Part shown: piece by piece, positions 1 through 10,341 of the stretch
Layout: each line of letters begins with the position of its first letter
Position numbering within the stretch: the stretch's first letter is position 1
Assembly (NCBI GenBank): GCA_963722075.1
Contig: CAVRJM010000001.1
Span: 160,001-224,000, forward strand
Reading direction: 5' to 3'
From: Candidatus Babeliales bacterium
GTDB taxonomy: Bacteria > Babelota > Babeliae > Babelales > JANWKD01
DNA: 64,000 bases
Translations under genes and position numbers: made by a program
The notes under the pieces: model-generated
Seen by the model: only the letters and a program-made list of their open reading frames with translations
What the model was told of the DNA's origin: nothing
Databases searched by the model: none

Positions 1-450
1 GTAAATAAATACCGTTCTAATATTAGTTTCAATAAATGCAGTTGGTTGATTATAGGCAAATGCGCAAATTGAAGCGGCAGTTGCTTTTCCAATACCCGGA
101 AAAGTAACTAAAATATCGGGAGTGGTTGGTAAAGAACCATTATACTCACTTATTACTTTTTGAGCGATTTGTTGTAAATATAAAGCGCGGCGATTATACC
201 CTAATCCTTGCCAGGTGGTTAAAATATCTTTTAAGGGTGCTTGGGCAAGCGATTCAAATGTATTAAAGCGGGCAAGGAATTCTTCAAATTTATGCATAAC
301 GCGATGTGTTTGTGTTTGTTGAAGCATTACTTCTGAAACTACAACATAATAAGGTTCATGATGAATGCGCCATAGAAAGTGTCGTTTATGTTCATGATAA
401 TAATGCCAAATGGTGGTAATAAAATCCGAAAGCTGTTTAGCACTATGCAT
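1..450 (-). CDS. mutY: A/G-specific adenine glycosylase (runs off window edge)
   Basis: Manual translation from ATG at 450: MHSAKQLSDFITTIWHYYHEHKRHFLWR...VVVSEVMLQQTQ...WQGLGYNRRA...FPGIGKATAAS, the HhH-GPD MutY motifs; not in the ORF track because it is truncated. Confidence 0.9.
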   Translation of the reverse strand, partial: MHSAKQLSDFITTIWHYYHEHKRHFLWRIHHEPYYVVVSEVMLQQTQTHRVMHKFEEFLARFNTFESLAQAPLKDILTTWQGLGYNRRALYLQQIAQKVISEYNGSLPTTPDILVTFPGIGKATAASICAFAYNQPTAFIETNIRTVFIY

Positions 451-456
451 ATGTAT

Positions 457-1602
457 CTATGAATATAAAAGTTGTTCAATAACCGGGTTTAAATATGAAC
501 CGAAATCTTTTTTAGGAAAATTAGTTAAGTTACGAACGCATTCTTGGTAATATCTTTTGTCATCCATCATTTTAGCTACCGCATAATTGAGTTGCTTATA
601 ATGAGTAACCACCATACCAAATTTATTTTTTTGAATAAAATTAATATTGAATTTTTCCCAATAGAGTGGCGTAGATGTATTATCTAAAATAATGGGCAGA
701 TTCATATAGATCGCTTCGCAAACGCTCACCGTTCCTGCTTTGGTAATACACGCATTTGAAATTGCCATTAAATCAGCAATTCTATTGGTATAACTTATAA
801 TGGATAATGAAATATGCGGTGGTAAAGTAATTTTTTCTAAACGTTTACGCAATGATTCATTTCTTCCTAAACAAATAATGATATGAATGGGTTTGGTTAA
901 TTCTAGAAGTGTTAATAAATAATAATACGTTGCTTGTGAGCCAGCTGCTCCCATTAAAACCAAAACCGTAAATTTATCATCGGGCACATTAAATTCTTTT
1001 TTTATTGCTGCAATATTTTTAGTCTGAAAAAATGTTGGTTTAATAGGAAAGCCCGTGATTTTTTTATTATACGGAGCAATAGCCTTATTTGCAGAAAATT
1101 TTAATATTTCAGAATCTTCAAAAGGAATAGTCAAAGTAAATTTATTATAAATTGGATCGGTAATGGTCCCAATGAATGATGTTGAATCTAAATCAGTAGG
1201 AATCAATAAAAATGGAATATTACATTCTTTACAGCTATCTTTAACGATATTATTAAAAAGCGGTATAACTGAAATAACTAAATCAGGTTGTTGTTTTTGT
1301 AAATATGCGGTAATAATTCGCTTAATTACCTTTTGATTGAGATAAATTAAAAATAAGCCTAATTGGTATAACTTATTAATGAACCAGGTCCATTTTTTTT
1401 GTAAGCAGAAATTATAGAATTTTTCCTGAGTATATTTACCGCGGCTACATATTTTGATGAGGTCTAAACAACCTAGTACTTCATCAATTAAATAAACCGT
1501 ATCAATAGTATAAGTATGAGGCTTCAGATATTCTTTGATTGTATCAGTGGCTGAAATATGTCCACCTCCTCCGTAGCTTGAAAAGACTAAAATCTTTTTC
1601 AT
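457..1602 (-). CDS. GT28 glycosyltransferase, MGDG synthase/UgtP-like
   Basis: N-terminal SYGGGGH, TGFPI, C-terminal DLMAISNACITKAGTVSVCEA. Confidence 0.8.
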   Translation of the reverse strand: MKKILVFSSYGGGGHISATDTIKEYLKPHTYTIDTVYLIDEVLGCLDLIKICSRGKYTQEKFYNFCLQKKWTWFINKLYQLGLFLIYLNQKVIKRIITAYLQKQQPDLVISVIPLFNNIVKDSCKECNIPFLLIPTDLDSTSFIGTITDPIYNKFTLTIPFEDSEILKFSANKAIAPYNKKITGFPIKPTFFQTKNIAAIKKEFNVPDDKFTVLVLMGAAGSQATYYYLLTLLELTKPIHIIICLGRNESLRKRLEKITLPPHISLSIISYTNRIADLMAISNACITKAGTVSVCEAIYMNLPIILDNTSTPLYWEKFNINFIQKNKFGMVVTHYKQLNYAVAKMMDDKRYYQECVRNLTNFPKKDFGSYLNPVIEQLLYS

Positions 1603-1937
1603 TTAGGTTCTATCCCTAACGCGTGAAAGTTAAAATGATTGTTTTATGAATATTTTTTTAATCTAAAATAGCATGGTAGTAAATGGTACTAGATACAACT
1701 GGGTTAAATAAGACTTAAATTTATATTTTTTAACAGAAAAATTATAAGGGATATCTATTTTCTTCATAGGGTTCATTTCTAATTTTAAAAGTAATTGTAA
1801 TATTGTCCGTGAAATAACAGTATAAGTATACTAAAAGTTTTTTGGAATTTACACTGTGAAATTATTGAAATAATCAATGTCGCTTATAAACTATAGTAAA
1901 ATATAAATCTTTAGACAAAATTAAAAAAGCGATCGTA

Positions 1938-2264
1938 ATGAATATCTTACTATTTATAATTCTTTTCTTGTTTTCCTTCAATAACTGGGCTATGGATTTT
2001 GGGTCCAGTAGGCCAATTTTTCCCCTTGTTCGTAATGATTTTATGGTTGACTATGTAATAAAAGGTCAAAATAATATTTTTCATATAAAAGCTAAAGTAG
2101 GTCCGGGTTCTTACTGGACTCAAATACCATTGGATTCTTCTCATTGTACCCCAATGCAATTCATTGAAAATGAACTGATGCAAAAGGATGTTAAAGAACT
2201 TATTGATGAAAATAAGATTGCGCCAGGTTCAACTGCAAGGATACTTATTACAAGATTGTTTTGA
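1938..2264 (+). CDS. Signal-peptide protein; probable N-terminal part of the downstream toxin (frameshift)
   Basis: Hydrophobic signal ending NWA-MD; overlaps next ORF by 77 nt. Confidence 0.5.
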   Translation: MNILLFIILFLFSFNNWAMDFGSSRPIFPLVRNDFMVDYVIKGQNNIFHIKAKVGPGSYWTQIPLDSSHCTPMQFIENELMQKDVKELIDENKIAPGSTARILITRLF

Positions 2265-4449
2265 TTATGCTCTGAATAACTCTATCGAATATGTAAATGC
2301 GGCACTTATTGATAAAGAGCGAGCACCATATCATTTATTATTAGCTACCTCTTTATATAAAGCGCTTACTGATACCAATGCTTCTGATGCAATTTTGTAT
2401 TGTGATTCATTGCTCTGTTCGTATGCACCGTTGCAAGGCTGTTATAATACGGTTTTGGAGCACAGCGCATCATTAATTAACATTCTGGATCAAAAACTAA
2501 CACCTGGTCAAAAAACTATTCTTGAAGATGCGCTTAAATCAGTAAGTCATTTATGGTATAAGGCGCAGTGGAAACACGATGCAGATGCATGGAGAAAAAT
2601 ACAATCATTAAGAACATTTCGTGATTACAATGAAGAGACATTTGTATTAGCTCAGCCAAATGGGGATGATAGTGATATAATGCCGCTTTCAGATCCATTG
2701 TTTGAAGATGCTCATGTTGATTTATTATGTACAGCTTGTTACCAAAATCCCATTTTTACTACAGTGCTTGAAAATAATCCAGCTAATTTTGCCTTAGAAT
2801 GTAAAGCTAAATTAATGGGGAATTTTAATGAAACATTTAATTTTAATGCAGTTGAAGCCATTTTTAGAGATGTTAATGCCCCACCTATGGTTATTTCATT
2901 ATTGCGTGATGCCTTACATTTTTGGGCAGGTGCGGTAAGTGGTGTGGAAAAGGAGGTTGGAAGCCTGGCAATTAATTTTGGTGAGATTGCTTATGATTAT
3001 TCAACACAAAATGATATGAAACATTGTTTGAGCTTTGCCTATATCGGGCGCCAATTATTAAAATACGGTCAGATTGTACAGAATGTTATTATTAATAAAT
3101 TTGATGAATATAAGCATTTAGCGGCTACAGGAGGGGAGTTCATTCAATATAGAATTGAATCATTTGCGCATTTTGTACCAGCATTAGCAGAAGCAGTAGA
3201 TAGTTTAGCAAATGCACTCAATGGTAAAGGCTTTTATTCGCCTTATTATGCATTTGAAGAGCAACAGCTTATTGAAGAGGTGATACGGGATCCTTATGCT
3301 TATAAAGAAAAACTTGATGCAGCTATTAATGATAATATGCTCATACAAGCAGGTGAAACCGCTCTTACCATGCTGCATTTTATTGCGCATCTACAGGATC
3401 CTGCGGTTAAAGCGCATATTGCTTTAAAAGCGCCAGCAGTAGCAGTGAAAGTAGTGAAATATATTAATGACTATCTTGCGCTTCCTGATGAAAAGCATTT
3501 TGAAGATACATTTGATTTTCTATTAGATGGTCTGATTATAAACAAAATTTTCCGCTTGGGTGGATATTTGTTTAAATTAGTTAGCCGTCATCATCAAGAA
3601 TTAGAATTTTTAAGTAGAAGAGCTAAAAATATAAAGCAAGGCAAATTATTGGAGCGAGCGGAAGCTTGTTTAGAAAAAGCAGGCCAAAAATTAATTAATA
3701 GCGCCAATAACAAATTAGTTCCAGATATTATGTCCTCTAATGGTGTATTATTTCGTAAAGGTACACCTAAACCAAATTTTAATAATGTAGTACCGGGATT
3801 ACAGAAATTCTTAACAGAGATTGGAGAATTAGAAGCTAAATACGGGCAACAGGCAGTACAACGAGTATTAGATGCGCTGGGCTATAATAATCAATATGCT
3901 TTAAATAAAACCTTACATTGGAGAAATCAATATCCTTTTAAGCAAACATTAATGGAGATTATCGAAGAACATGCAAAAAATATAATTGATTTTGAAAGCA
4001 ATGCAGGATGGAGTTTGTTGCCATTTGATCCTACTGAAGGTAATAAATGCATTTTAAAAACTATCGAAGAAGCTGTTGCGGGAGTCGCATGTGAAAAACA
4101 AGGGTTATTGACAGGATTAGTGAGAGATAACGTTGTGGGAAGAGGAGATTTTATTGATGGTTTTGGAAAAATTTGGGATGTAAAAACAGCAAAAACAGAT
4201 GGAATCTCCAAGTTTAATACTTTTAATGTTAATGATTTCATTCAAAGCATTGTTAAGGAGCTAACAAAACCTACCAATGAAAATGTAATTATTCATATTT
4301 CATACTTAACTGAAAAAAAAGAATTTGAGTTACTTTGTAAAAAACTAAGAGAATTATCTAATGATCAATTAAAAAGATGTATTATGGTACATAAATATGA
4401 TACCAAAAAAACCACTGATAATTTAATTAAATTTTTAGGTAAAAAATAA
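2188..4449 (+). CDS. Polymorphic-toxin-like protein with C-terminal PD-(D/E)XK-type nuclease domain
   Basis: C-terminal EEAVAG...RDNVVGRGDFIDGFGKIWDVKT (E...D...DxK); small ORF coupled directly downstream. Confidence 0.6.
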   Translation: MLKNLLMKIRLRQVQLQGYLLQDCFDYALNNSIEYVNAALIDKERAPYHLLLATSLYKALTDTNASDAILYCDSLLCSYAPLQGCYNTVLEHSASLINILDQKLTPGQKTILEDALKSVSHLWYKAQWKHDADAWRKIQSLRTFRDYNEETFVLAQPNGDDSDIMPLSDPLFEDAHVDLLCTACYQNPIFTTVLENNPANFALECKAKLMGNFNETFNFNAVEAIFRDVNAPPMVISLLRDALHFWAGAVSGVEKEVGSLAINFGEIAYDYSTQNDMKHCLSFAYIGRQLLKYGQIVQNVIINKFDEYKHLAATGGEFIQYRIESFAHFVPALAEAVDSLANALNGKGFYSPYYAFEEQQLIEEVIRDPYAYKEKLDAAINDNMLIQAGETALTMLHFIAHLQDPAVKAHIALKAPAVAVKVVKYINDYLALPDEKHFEDTFDFLLDGLIINKIFRLGGYLFKLVSRHHQELEFLSRRAKNIKQGKLLERAEACLEKAGQKLINSANNKLVPDIMSSNGVLFRKGTPKPNFNNVVPGLQKFLTEIGELEAKYGQQAVQRVLDALGYNNQYALNKTLHWRNQYPFKQTLMEIIEEHAKNIIDFESNAGWSLLPFDPTEGNKCILKTIEEAVAGVACEKQGLLTGLVRDNVVGRGDFIDGFGKIWDVKTAKTDGISKFNTFNVNDFIQSIVKELTKPTNENVIIHISYLTEKKEFELLCKKLRELSNDQLKRCIMVHKYDTKKTTDNLIKFLGKK

Positions 4450-4793
4450 TGAACGTGAGCATTGATTGGAATGACAAAACTATTATATATACTAAGGGTT
4501 CAATTTTAGACAAATTATGTTATTCAATGATCTCTATAATTGGAGAACAAGATATAGATATTAATGATGCTATTGATGAATTATTACGGGTTTGGTATGA
4601 CATTCCAGCTGGGGGAATTGATATTGCTGACTATATTCATAACAAAGTTGACTTTGATTCCTTTTTAATAATATTACGCAAAGGATTGGATAGGCTTTAT
4701 AAAGAAAATCAATATATCTTTCTCCATTATAAAAATGATTTAGAAAATTTTTATCAAGAATTACTAAAAATTCAAGAATCATGGCCTACTTAA
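4449..4793 (+). CDS. Putative cognate immunity protein
   Basis: 114 aa acidic ORF coupled to the toxin by a TAATG overlap. Confidence 0.55.
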   Translation: MNVSIDWNDKTIIYTKGSILDKLCYSMISIIGEQDIDINDAIDELLRVWYDIPAGGIDIADYIHNKVDFDSFLIILRKGLDRLYKENQYIFLHYKNDLENFYQELLKIQESWPT

Positions 4794-4829
4794 ATTTAAT
4801 TGCATTGTAAAAAATCGTTTTGAAGATCT

Positions 4830-5375
4830 TCAACCAAGAAGAATAAAAGGCAATAGCATTGATAATAGATATGCATATATTAAGCAACAAAGCGGCCCAA
4901 TGCCATTTATGTTAAATGGCCATAGTAAGATGTACACAAACATCAGAAACATTTTAATAATACGTGAATCGGTCATGTACCATAACCCTGCGAGATCTTG
5001 TTTACTTGGTATAGCATTGAAACCAATTGACATGCCTACCCAATAGAGGACAAGGCCAAACATAAGATGGCTAAGCGATGTTGGCATGAGAAAGTTTGTA
5101 CCAAGAAAAATAGGAATACCCATCGGAAGCGTTAAAACCATGCACAAAATGGAATTAATAAAAAGTGGCGCCATTCCTATAAAAAATGCTGCACGTAAAC
5201 TATTGGTGGGATGGTGACGGACGTGGCCGGCAGTTTTACTGAATGGTTTAAAATAATTAATTTCATATACCGGTACATTGAAGATATCGCAAAAAAAGCG
5301 ATGTGCTATTTCATGAATAATAACACCGGGAAATGTAATACATGCAATAGTTTGTCCAGGAATCCAAAAAAACAT
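4830..5375 (-). CDS. Membrane zinc metalloprotease-like protein (HExxH)
   Basis: FPGVIIHEIAH, multiple hydrophobic segments, PSKQD. Confidence 0.65.
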   Translation of the reverse strand: MFFWIPGQTIACITFPGVIIHEIAHRFFCDIFNVPVYEINYFKPFSKTAGHVRHHPTNSLRAAFFIGMAPLFINSILCMVLTLPMGIPIFLGTNFLMPTSLSHLMFGLVLYWVGMSIGFNAIPSKQDLAGLWYMTDSRIIKMFLMFVYILLWPFNINGIGPLCCLIYAYLLSMLLPFILLG

Positions 5376-5381
5376 ACCGTC

Positions 5382-5807
5382 CTAACAAAAACCCGATTTA
5401 AATGTAGTTCTTTGCTGATCAGTTGGTAAATAACAGGCTAATTCTTCAACTTCGTGATCATTGTATTCTTTATCTTGCAAGTAACAGAGACCGCATTCAT
5501 ACATTGAAGGAGCATCGGCACTACAGGCAAAGCAGCATTGAATAATTCTTTTTCTGGCTTTACCAAAATATTCATATTTCTCGAAGAACGTAGTATATAG
5601 TGCAAGTGCACCATAATAATCTTTATTAATAAAGCAACGCTCTGCCTTATCTACTTTATTTTTTAATTTACGATGCCTAGGAAATTCTATCCAAAAAAAC
5701 ATGAGCGTTACATATAAAAAAATTAACAATAATCCCGATCCGAATAATTTTATACGAAAAGGATAGCGATGCTTTTCCAGATAGTTGTCTTGCATAATAA
5801 AATCCAC
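5382..5807 (-). CDS. Hypothetical single-TM protein with TPR-like helices
   Basis: 141 aa ORF, N-terminal TM, co-oriented with the protease gene. Confidence 0.55.
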   Translation of the reverse strand: MDFIMQDNYLEKHRYPFRIKLFGSGLLLIFLYVTLMFFWIEFPRHRKLKNKVDKAERCFINKDYYGALALYTTFFEKYEYFGKARKRIIQCCFACSADAPSMYECGLCYLQDKEYNDHEVEELACYLPTDQQRTTFKSGFC

Positions 5808-6031
5808 AATTATTTAAAGTTAAAAAAATATAGCAAAAAATAGGAGTAGTAGCAAGAATGGCATGCTTTTTGCAATAGCATAAAAATCTTATGGATAACT
5901 TTTTTGTTGCCAATTTTGAACAAACACAGCTCTTTTCGATTACGTTTCATTGGTCTTTTTATTCATTATTAGCAATTAAACGGTAAATCTAGTATCATAA
6001 TTATAAACAAATTATAAAATAATAGATCACC

Positions 6032-6105
6032 ATCCGCCTACGTTTACCCTTCGACGGGACAAGCGCTTTATCCCGCCTTAGCTTTTAGCGGCGGCGGATC
6101 GTGAC
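6032..6105. repeat. Composite palindromic (REP-like) element
   Basis: Reverse complement closely matches 46041-46160 (gatccgccgccgc..ctaagg.gggataaa.gcgcttgtcccgtcgaag..aacgtag.cggatg). Confidence 0.8.
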
Positions 6106-6121
6106 AAGAAAGTAGTTTATA

Positions 6122-6616
6122 ATGGAATGGATTAAACGATTTTTGAAAAAAGTAATTTATCAGGAACGCTCTCCTGAAAAATTGGCTCTCTCTTTTTGTA
6201 TAGGTAATTATATAGCTTTTTCTCCCTTTCCTTGTTTTCATACAGCAATGGTATTTCTCTTTAGTTGGTTATTTAAGCTTAATTTTGCCGTTACCTTAGC
6301 ATCTTCCTGTTTTATTAACAATCCCTGGACGCTTATCCCGGTATATGGAGCTGATTATTTTTTTGGTTATTGGTTACTGTATAAAGTATTAAATCTTAAT
6401 ATTGCCTATTATGATCCATGGTGGATGCAACCCATTAATAGTTTTTGCATTAAAACACTGGGAATTGCTAAACCCTGCATTTTTTCCTTCTTAATTGGGG
6501 GAAATATACTTGGTATTGGTCTTAGCCTTCTTTTATATCCCATTATGAAACGAATATTCACCTATTATATAGCAGCAGAATTTGGAACAGCGCATGAAAA
6601 TAGTTACTCAAAATAA
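6122..6616 (+). CDS. DUF2062-family membrane protein
   Basis: SPEKLALSFCIG...NNPWT...LIGG pattern. Confidence 0.75.
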   Translation: MEWIKRFLKKVIYQERSPEKLALSFCIGNYIAFSPFPCFHTAMVFLFSWLFKLNFAVTLASSCFINNPWTLIPVYGADYFFGYWLLYKVLNLNIAYYDPWWMQPINSFCIKTLGIAKPCIFSFLIGGNILGIGLSLLLYPIMKRIFTYYIAAEFGTAHENSYSK

Positions 6617-7043
6617 AAAAGCATTTTTTGATTATGAAATTTTAGATCGCTTAGAGGCAGGGATAGTATTGAATGGCGATGAAGTAAAATCAATTCGTGC
6701 GGGCCATATTTCGCTTATAGGCGCCTTTGCCCACGTTAAGGATGGTGAACTATACCTCATTAATGCTTCAATAACACCGTATGCGCAGGCCTATCAAAAA
6801 AAAGAAGATCAAGCGGCGCGTACTCGTAAATTGCTCATTAAACGACGTGAATTAACTCGCTTGGTAGGTGATATTTCCCGTAAAGGCGTTACGGTAATAC
6901 CGCTCAAAGTTTATATCAATGAGAGGGGCTTAATAAAGGTTGAATTGGGCATCTGCAAGCATAAAAAAGCTGTTGAAAAGAAACAAGCTCTTAAAGAACG
7001 CGATATTAAGCGCGAGACTGCACGCGAATTAAAAAAACACTAA
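6594..7043 (+). CDS. smpB: SsrA-binding protein
   Basis: NKKAFFDYEILDRLEAGIVLNGDEVKSIR, RTRKLL. Confidence 0.95.
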   Translation: MKIVTQNKKAFFDYEILDRLEAGIVLNGDEVKSIRAGHISLIGAFAHVKDGELYLINASITPYAQAYQKKEDQAARTRKLLIKRRELTRLVGDISRKGVTVIPLKVYINERGLIKVELGICKHKKAVEKKQALKERDIKRETARELKKH

Positions 7044-7747
7044 CCAATCTTATGTATCCGTTTCCATTCACCCAATGCTACCGGAAAATGCGGTAATGCT
7101 AGTTCCAATAATGCATATGCATACGCGCGAATTTCATGTTGTGCACCCGGATTCATGCGCAGCTTCATAAAATGCATTAATGAATGTAAATTGCAGGTGA
7201 AAATAAATTCTGAATAGGTGCATAAGGGAAGCACGGCACGTGCTTGCTCTCGGCTGACTCCTTGGTCAAGTAAATGAGCGTAGGTATTCGATGCTAATTC
7301 TAATGATTGTTTATAGGCTTCAGTGAGCTGCTTATTTTCAAAAGCACCGGTGGAGCATTGGCGATTAGTAGCATCTTGATAGCGCCAATACGTGGGAATG
7401 TAAAATTCTAAGGGTGCCTTTACATAGCGATAACTAATTTCATTATAGGAATTCATGCGATGTCGCATCCATTGGCGAACCACAAATAAGGGGGCCTTAA
7501 TTCTAAAAGAAAGTTGGTTGTGTTCAAAGGGGCTGGTGTGGTTATGTTCAACCAGATATTTAATTAATTTATGATCCCGCTCAGTTACCGTTGTGGACAT
7601 TTTTCCATAGGAAACGCGCGCGGCATTAACAATATCTAGATCTGATCCTGAAACTCGTATTAGTTCTACTGAGCTGATACCATCGTGCAATGGGTCGATG
7701 CCGGTGACTGATTTTTCATATTCTTGGGCGGTAATAATTTCATTCAT
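7040..7747 (-). CDS. thyX: FAD-dependent thymidylate synthase
   Basis: AARVSY, HTSPFEH, RQWMRHR..SYNEISYRY, EQARAVLP. Confidence 0.95.
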   Translation of the reverse strand: MNEIITAQEYEKSVTGIDPLHDGISSVELIRVSGSDLDIVNAARVSYGKMSTTVTERDHKLIKYLVEHNHTSPFEHNQLSFRIKAPLFVVRQWMRHRMNSYNEISYRYVKAPLEFYIPTYWRYQDATNRQCSTGAFENKQLTEAYKQSLELASNTYAHLLDQGVSREQARAVLPLCTYSEFIFTCNLHSLMHFMKLRMNPGAQHEIRAYAYALLELALPHFPVALGEWKRIHKIG

Positions 7748-7843
7748 AATTTCCTACTTTTAGTAATTTGTTAAATTTATTTAAAATGTGAGTTTTTGCT
7801 TAGTGCAGAAAATTATGATACTTGATATGGATTTACAAATGGA

Positions 7844-8056
7844 CGTCGTTGCGATCTAGCCTTCGCTCAAGAGCTTCGGCGGACATGGCCCCTGCCGAAG
7901 CAATCCAGGCTCAATTATAAATTTTTTAACTACTGATTTATTAATTAATTTAATGAATTATTAATTACTTTTTTATTAAATTAATGAGCTTTTCCAGGTG
8001 CCTATACTCTTTATTTGGTTTTTAATCTGGATTGCTTCGGCAAGCTCGCAACGACG
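7844..8056. repeat. Inverted pair of GTC-tagged REP-like repeats around an AT-rich core; left copy carries a second hairpin
   Basis: cgtcgttgcga[insert]tgccgaagcaatccag ... ctggattgcttcggcaagctcgcaacgacg. Confidence 0.85.
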
Positions 8057-8169
8057 GCTTTCTATCTACATATTTTTTAACTTTGAGTAAATCATAATAT
8101 TTCTACAAAAAATCAATTGGAATCTAGTATAGCGTTAAAAATGTATAAGAAAAAATAAGAAAAATGAAT

Positions 8170-8586
8170 TTACTTATTTTCAAATATTTTTGAGATAAGC
8201 TTATCAATATGTACATCATAATCTGTTCTCATCTCATTAATTTTATCTTTCATACGAAGTATATCTTCAAGCATTACATTAGGAAGGGAACCACCTTCCT
8301 TTGCGCTTACGATCATAAAAAGTAATCGTTCATGGGCTGGTAAATATGCATAATAACCCACTCCTCCTTTAATTGCATCAAAGGTTCTAATCTCGGAAAT
8401 AAAATTTTCAGCTAAAGTTTTTAAATTAACAGGGCCTGTTTCACGTAATATTTTTATGATTTTTCTTTCAAATTCAGCCGCTTCTATTGCCTCTCTTTCC
8501 CGAGAACTTAATTGTCTTTCCATGGCCATAAGGGTAAATGGGGCAAAGGCTATGGTAAAAAGGGCTATTTTTAACAGATTTTTCAT
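8170..8586 (-). CDS. Hypothetical secreted protein
   Basis: GGAGG before MKNLLKIALFTIAFAPFTLMA-ME. Confidence 0.7.
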   Translation of the reverse strand: MKNLLKIALFTIAFAPFTLMAMERQLSSREREAIEAAEFERKIIKILRETGPVNLKTLAENFISEIRTFDAIKGGVGYYAYLPAHERLLFMIVSAKEGGSLPNVMLEDILRMKDKINEMRTDYDVHIDKLISKIFENK

Positions 8587-8751
8587 TATTTCCTCCAAAG
8601 TATAGGGTTTTTTATTAATTATAACATTTCTATTTGTCAAAAATATAGGGTTTAAAGGGGATTTTAGAGCCTATCCCCAGCTTCACTTTGTGATATAGGG
8701 CTTGTCCCATGGTATTCTCCCGTGCCGGCAGGTATAAATAAGTTTGGGGCG

Positions 8752-8783
8752 GCTTGTCCCGCCGTAGCCTTGGCGAAGGCGGA
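8752..8783. repeat. REP-like hairpin
   Basis: gcttgtcccgccgtagccttggcgaaggcgga, same family as 40576-40607. Confidence 0.75.
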
Positions 8784-8787
8784 AAAA

Positions 8788-8815
8788 TTGACATTTTCAA
8801 GGTTTTGCGTAGAAT
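8788..8815 (+). promoter_or_regulatory. Putative sigma70 promoter of rpmA
   Basis: TTGACA-N16-TAGAAT. Confidence 0.6.
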
Positions 8816-8903
8816 AAACAATAAAAATAGGTAAAAATCATTACTAATTTACCTTTCTTATACAAAACTGTTCTTAAAAATTATTCATACAAAAGGATTT
8901 GCG

Positions 8904-9164
8904 ATGGCAACCAGTAAATCGGGCGGTTCCACCTCGAACGGCCGAGATAGTCGTAGTAAACGATTAGGCGTTAAATTATTTGATGGGCAAGTAGTTAACG
9001 GGGGCGAAATTCTTGTTCGTCAACGTGGTACTAGAATTCACCCCGGTTCTGCAGTAGGTATTGGAACTGATCATACCCTATTTGCATTATCTTCTGGATT
9101 TGTTAAGTTCCATTATGGACCTAAAAAAAGAAGATATGTATCTATTATTGAGAAAAATGCGTAA
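8904..9164 (+). CDS. rpmA: 50S ribosomal protein L27
   Basis: [28 protein letters not shown]. Confidence 0.97.
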   Translation: MATSKSGGSTSNGRDSRSKRLGVKLFDGQVVNGGEILVRQRGTRIHPGSAVGIGTDHTLFALSSGFVKFHYGPKKRRYVSIIEKNA

Positions 9165-9247
9165 TTTTTCCCATATCCAATAATAGTTTTATAATAAAAA
9201 ACGAGTAATACCTTATGCTATCACCTAGTTTACGGTTGGAGAGTACC

Positions 9248-10135
9248 ATGATAGATTTTCTAAGATATCGCGTAGCATGTGCTATTTTTTCCCTCTTAAT
9301 ATTTTTTGGTTTTATTGGCATGTATGTATACCGTATGAATACTCGAGGGTATGCTTTTAGCTATAGCGTTGATTTTACGGGTGGTACACAAATTCTGATG
9401 CGTTTTGCACAACCGGTTACTGATAGCCAAATTAAGGATGTACTTGAGCGCAATGGATTTAGTAATCCGGTCATGCGTGATTTCTCGGCGACTGAAGTAG
9501 CAGTACGGCTTAAACAAGTTGCTACTGATACAAAGGGATTAAGTGATACGATTAAGCAGACCTTGCAAGATGGATTTCCTAATAATAGCGTTGAAATACT
9601 TTCTGTCGATAGTGTAAGTGGTGCTATTGGTGAAGTATTGCGTTGGAAATCAATTTATGCTGTTTGTTTAGCGCTTTTCTTAATGTTGTTATACATATGG
9701 TTCCGTTTCTGGTCGGTAAGTTTTGGCGTGGGGGCAGTTGTAGCGCTTTTTCATGATGCCATGGCCATTCTTTTTGTTTTCTTATTATTAGATAAAGAAA
9801 TTTCTATCAATGTTATTAGTGCAATTTTAGCGGTACTTGGTTACTCGATTAACGATACGATCGTTATTTTTACTAGGATTCGCCAAAACATAAAAACAAT
9901 GAAAAACATGTCTATTGATAAGATCGTTAATATCAGCCTTAATCAAACATTACGTCGCACCATTTTAACCAGCTTTGCAACAACGTTAGTGGTATTATCG
10001 CTCATGATTTTAGGTGGCGAAGCATTGCGCGATCTCTCATTAGCATTATTGGTTGGTATGATCTTCGGGACTTATTCATCTATTTACATAGCAGCTCCGG
10101 TTATGTTACTCTTATATAAAGAAGGAGCTAAATAA
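9248..10135 (+). CDS. secF: Protein translocase subunit SecF
   Basis: DFTGGT, ALFHD, GYSINDTIVIFTRIR, QTLRRT, GTYSSIYIA. Confidence 0.93.
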   Translation: MIDFLRYRVACAIFSLLIFFGFIGMYVYRMNTRGYAFSYSVDFTGGTQILMRFAQPVTDSQIKDVLERNGFSNPVMRDFSATEVAVRLKQVATDTKGLSDTIKQTLQDGFPNNSVEILSVDSVSGAIGEVLRWKSIYAVCLALFLMLLYIWFRFWSVSFGVGAVVALFHDAMAILFVFLLLDKEISINVISAILAVLGYSINDTIVIFTRIRQNIKTMKNMSIDKIVNISLNQTLRRTILTSFATTLVVLSLMILGGEALRDLSLALLVGMIFGTYSSIYIAAPVMLLLYKEGAK

Positions 10136-10341
10136 AATACTAAACACGTTTCTTTTAACAAATCAATGGAGTGAAAAATTCGTCTATTTTGTTTCATTTT
10201 TATGTAAGTAAAGCAGTGTATTGTCATTATATATTCACACTGTTTTTTGTATTCTAAAAAATTTCGTTTTTTTAATATTCTATTTAAAAAAGTAATAAAA
10301 AATTTTTAATTGTATCATTCTTCTTAAGGAGATCTATCGTT

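Noticed and set aside
6594..7900. tmRNA near smpB
   Set aside because: No tRNA-Ala-like ends or tag reading frame found nearby
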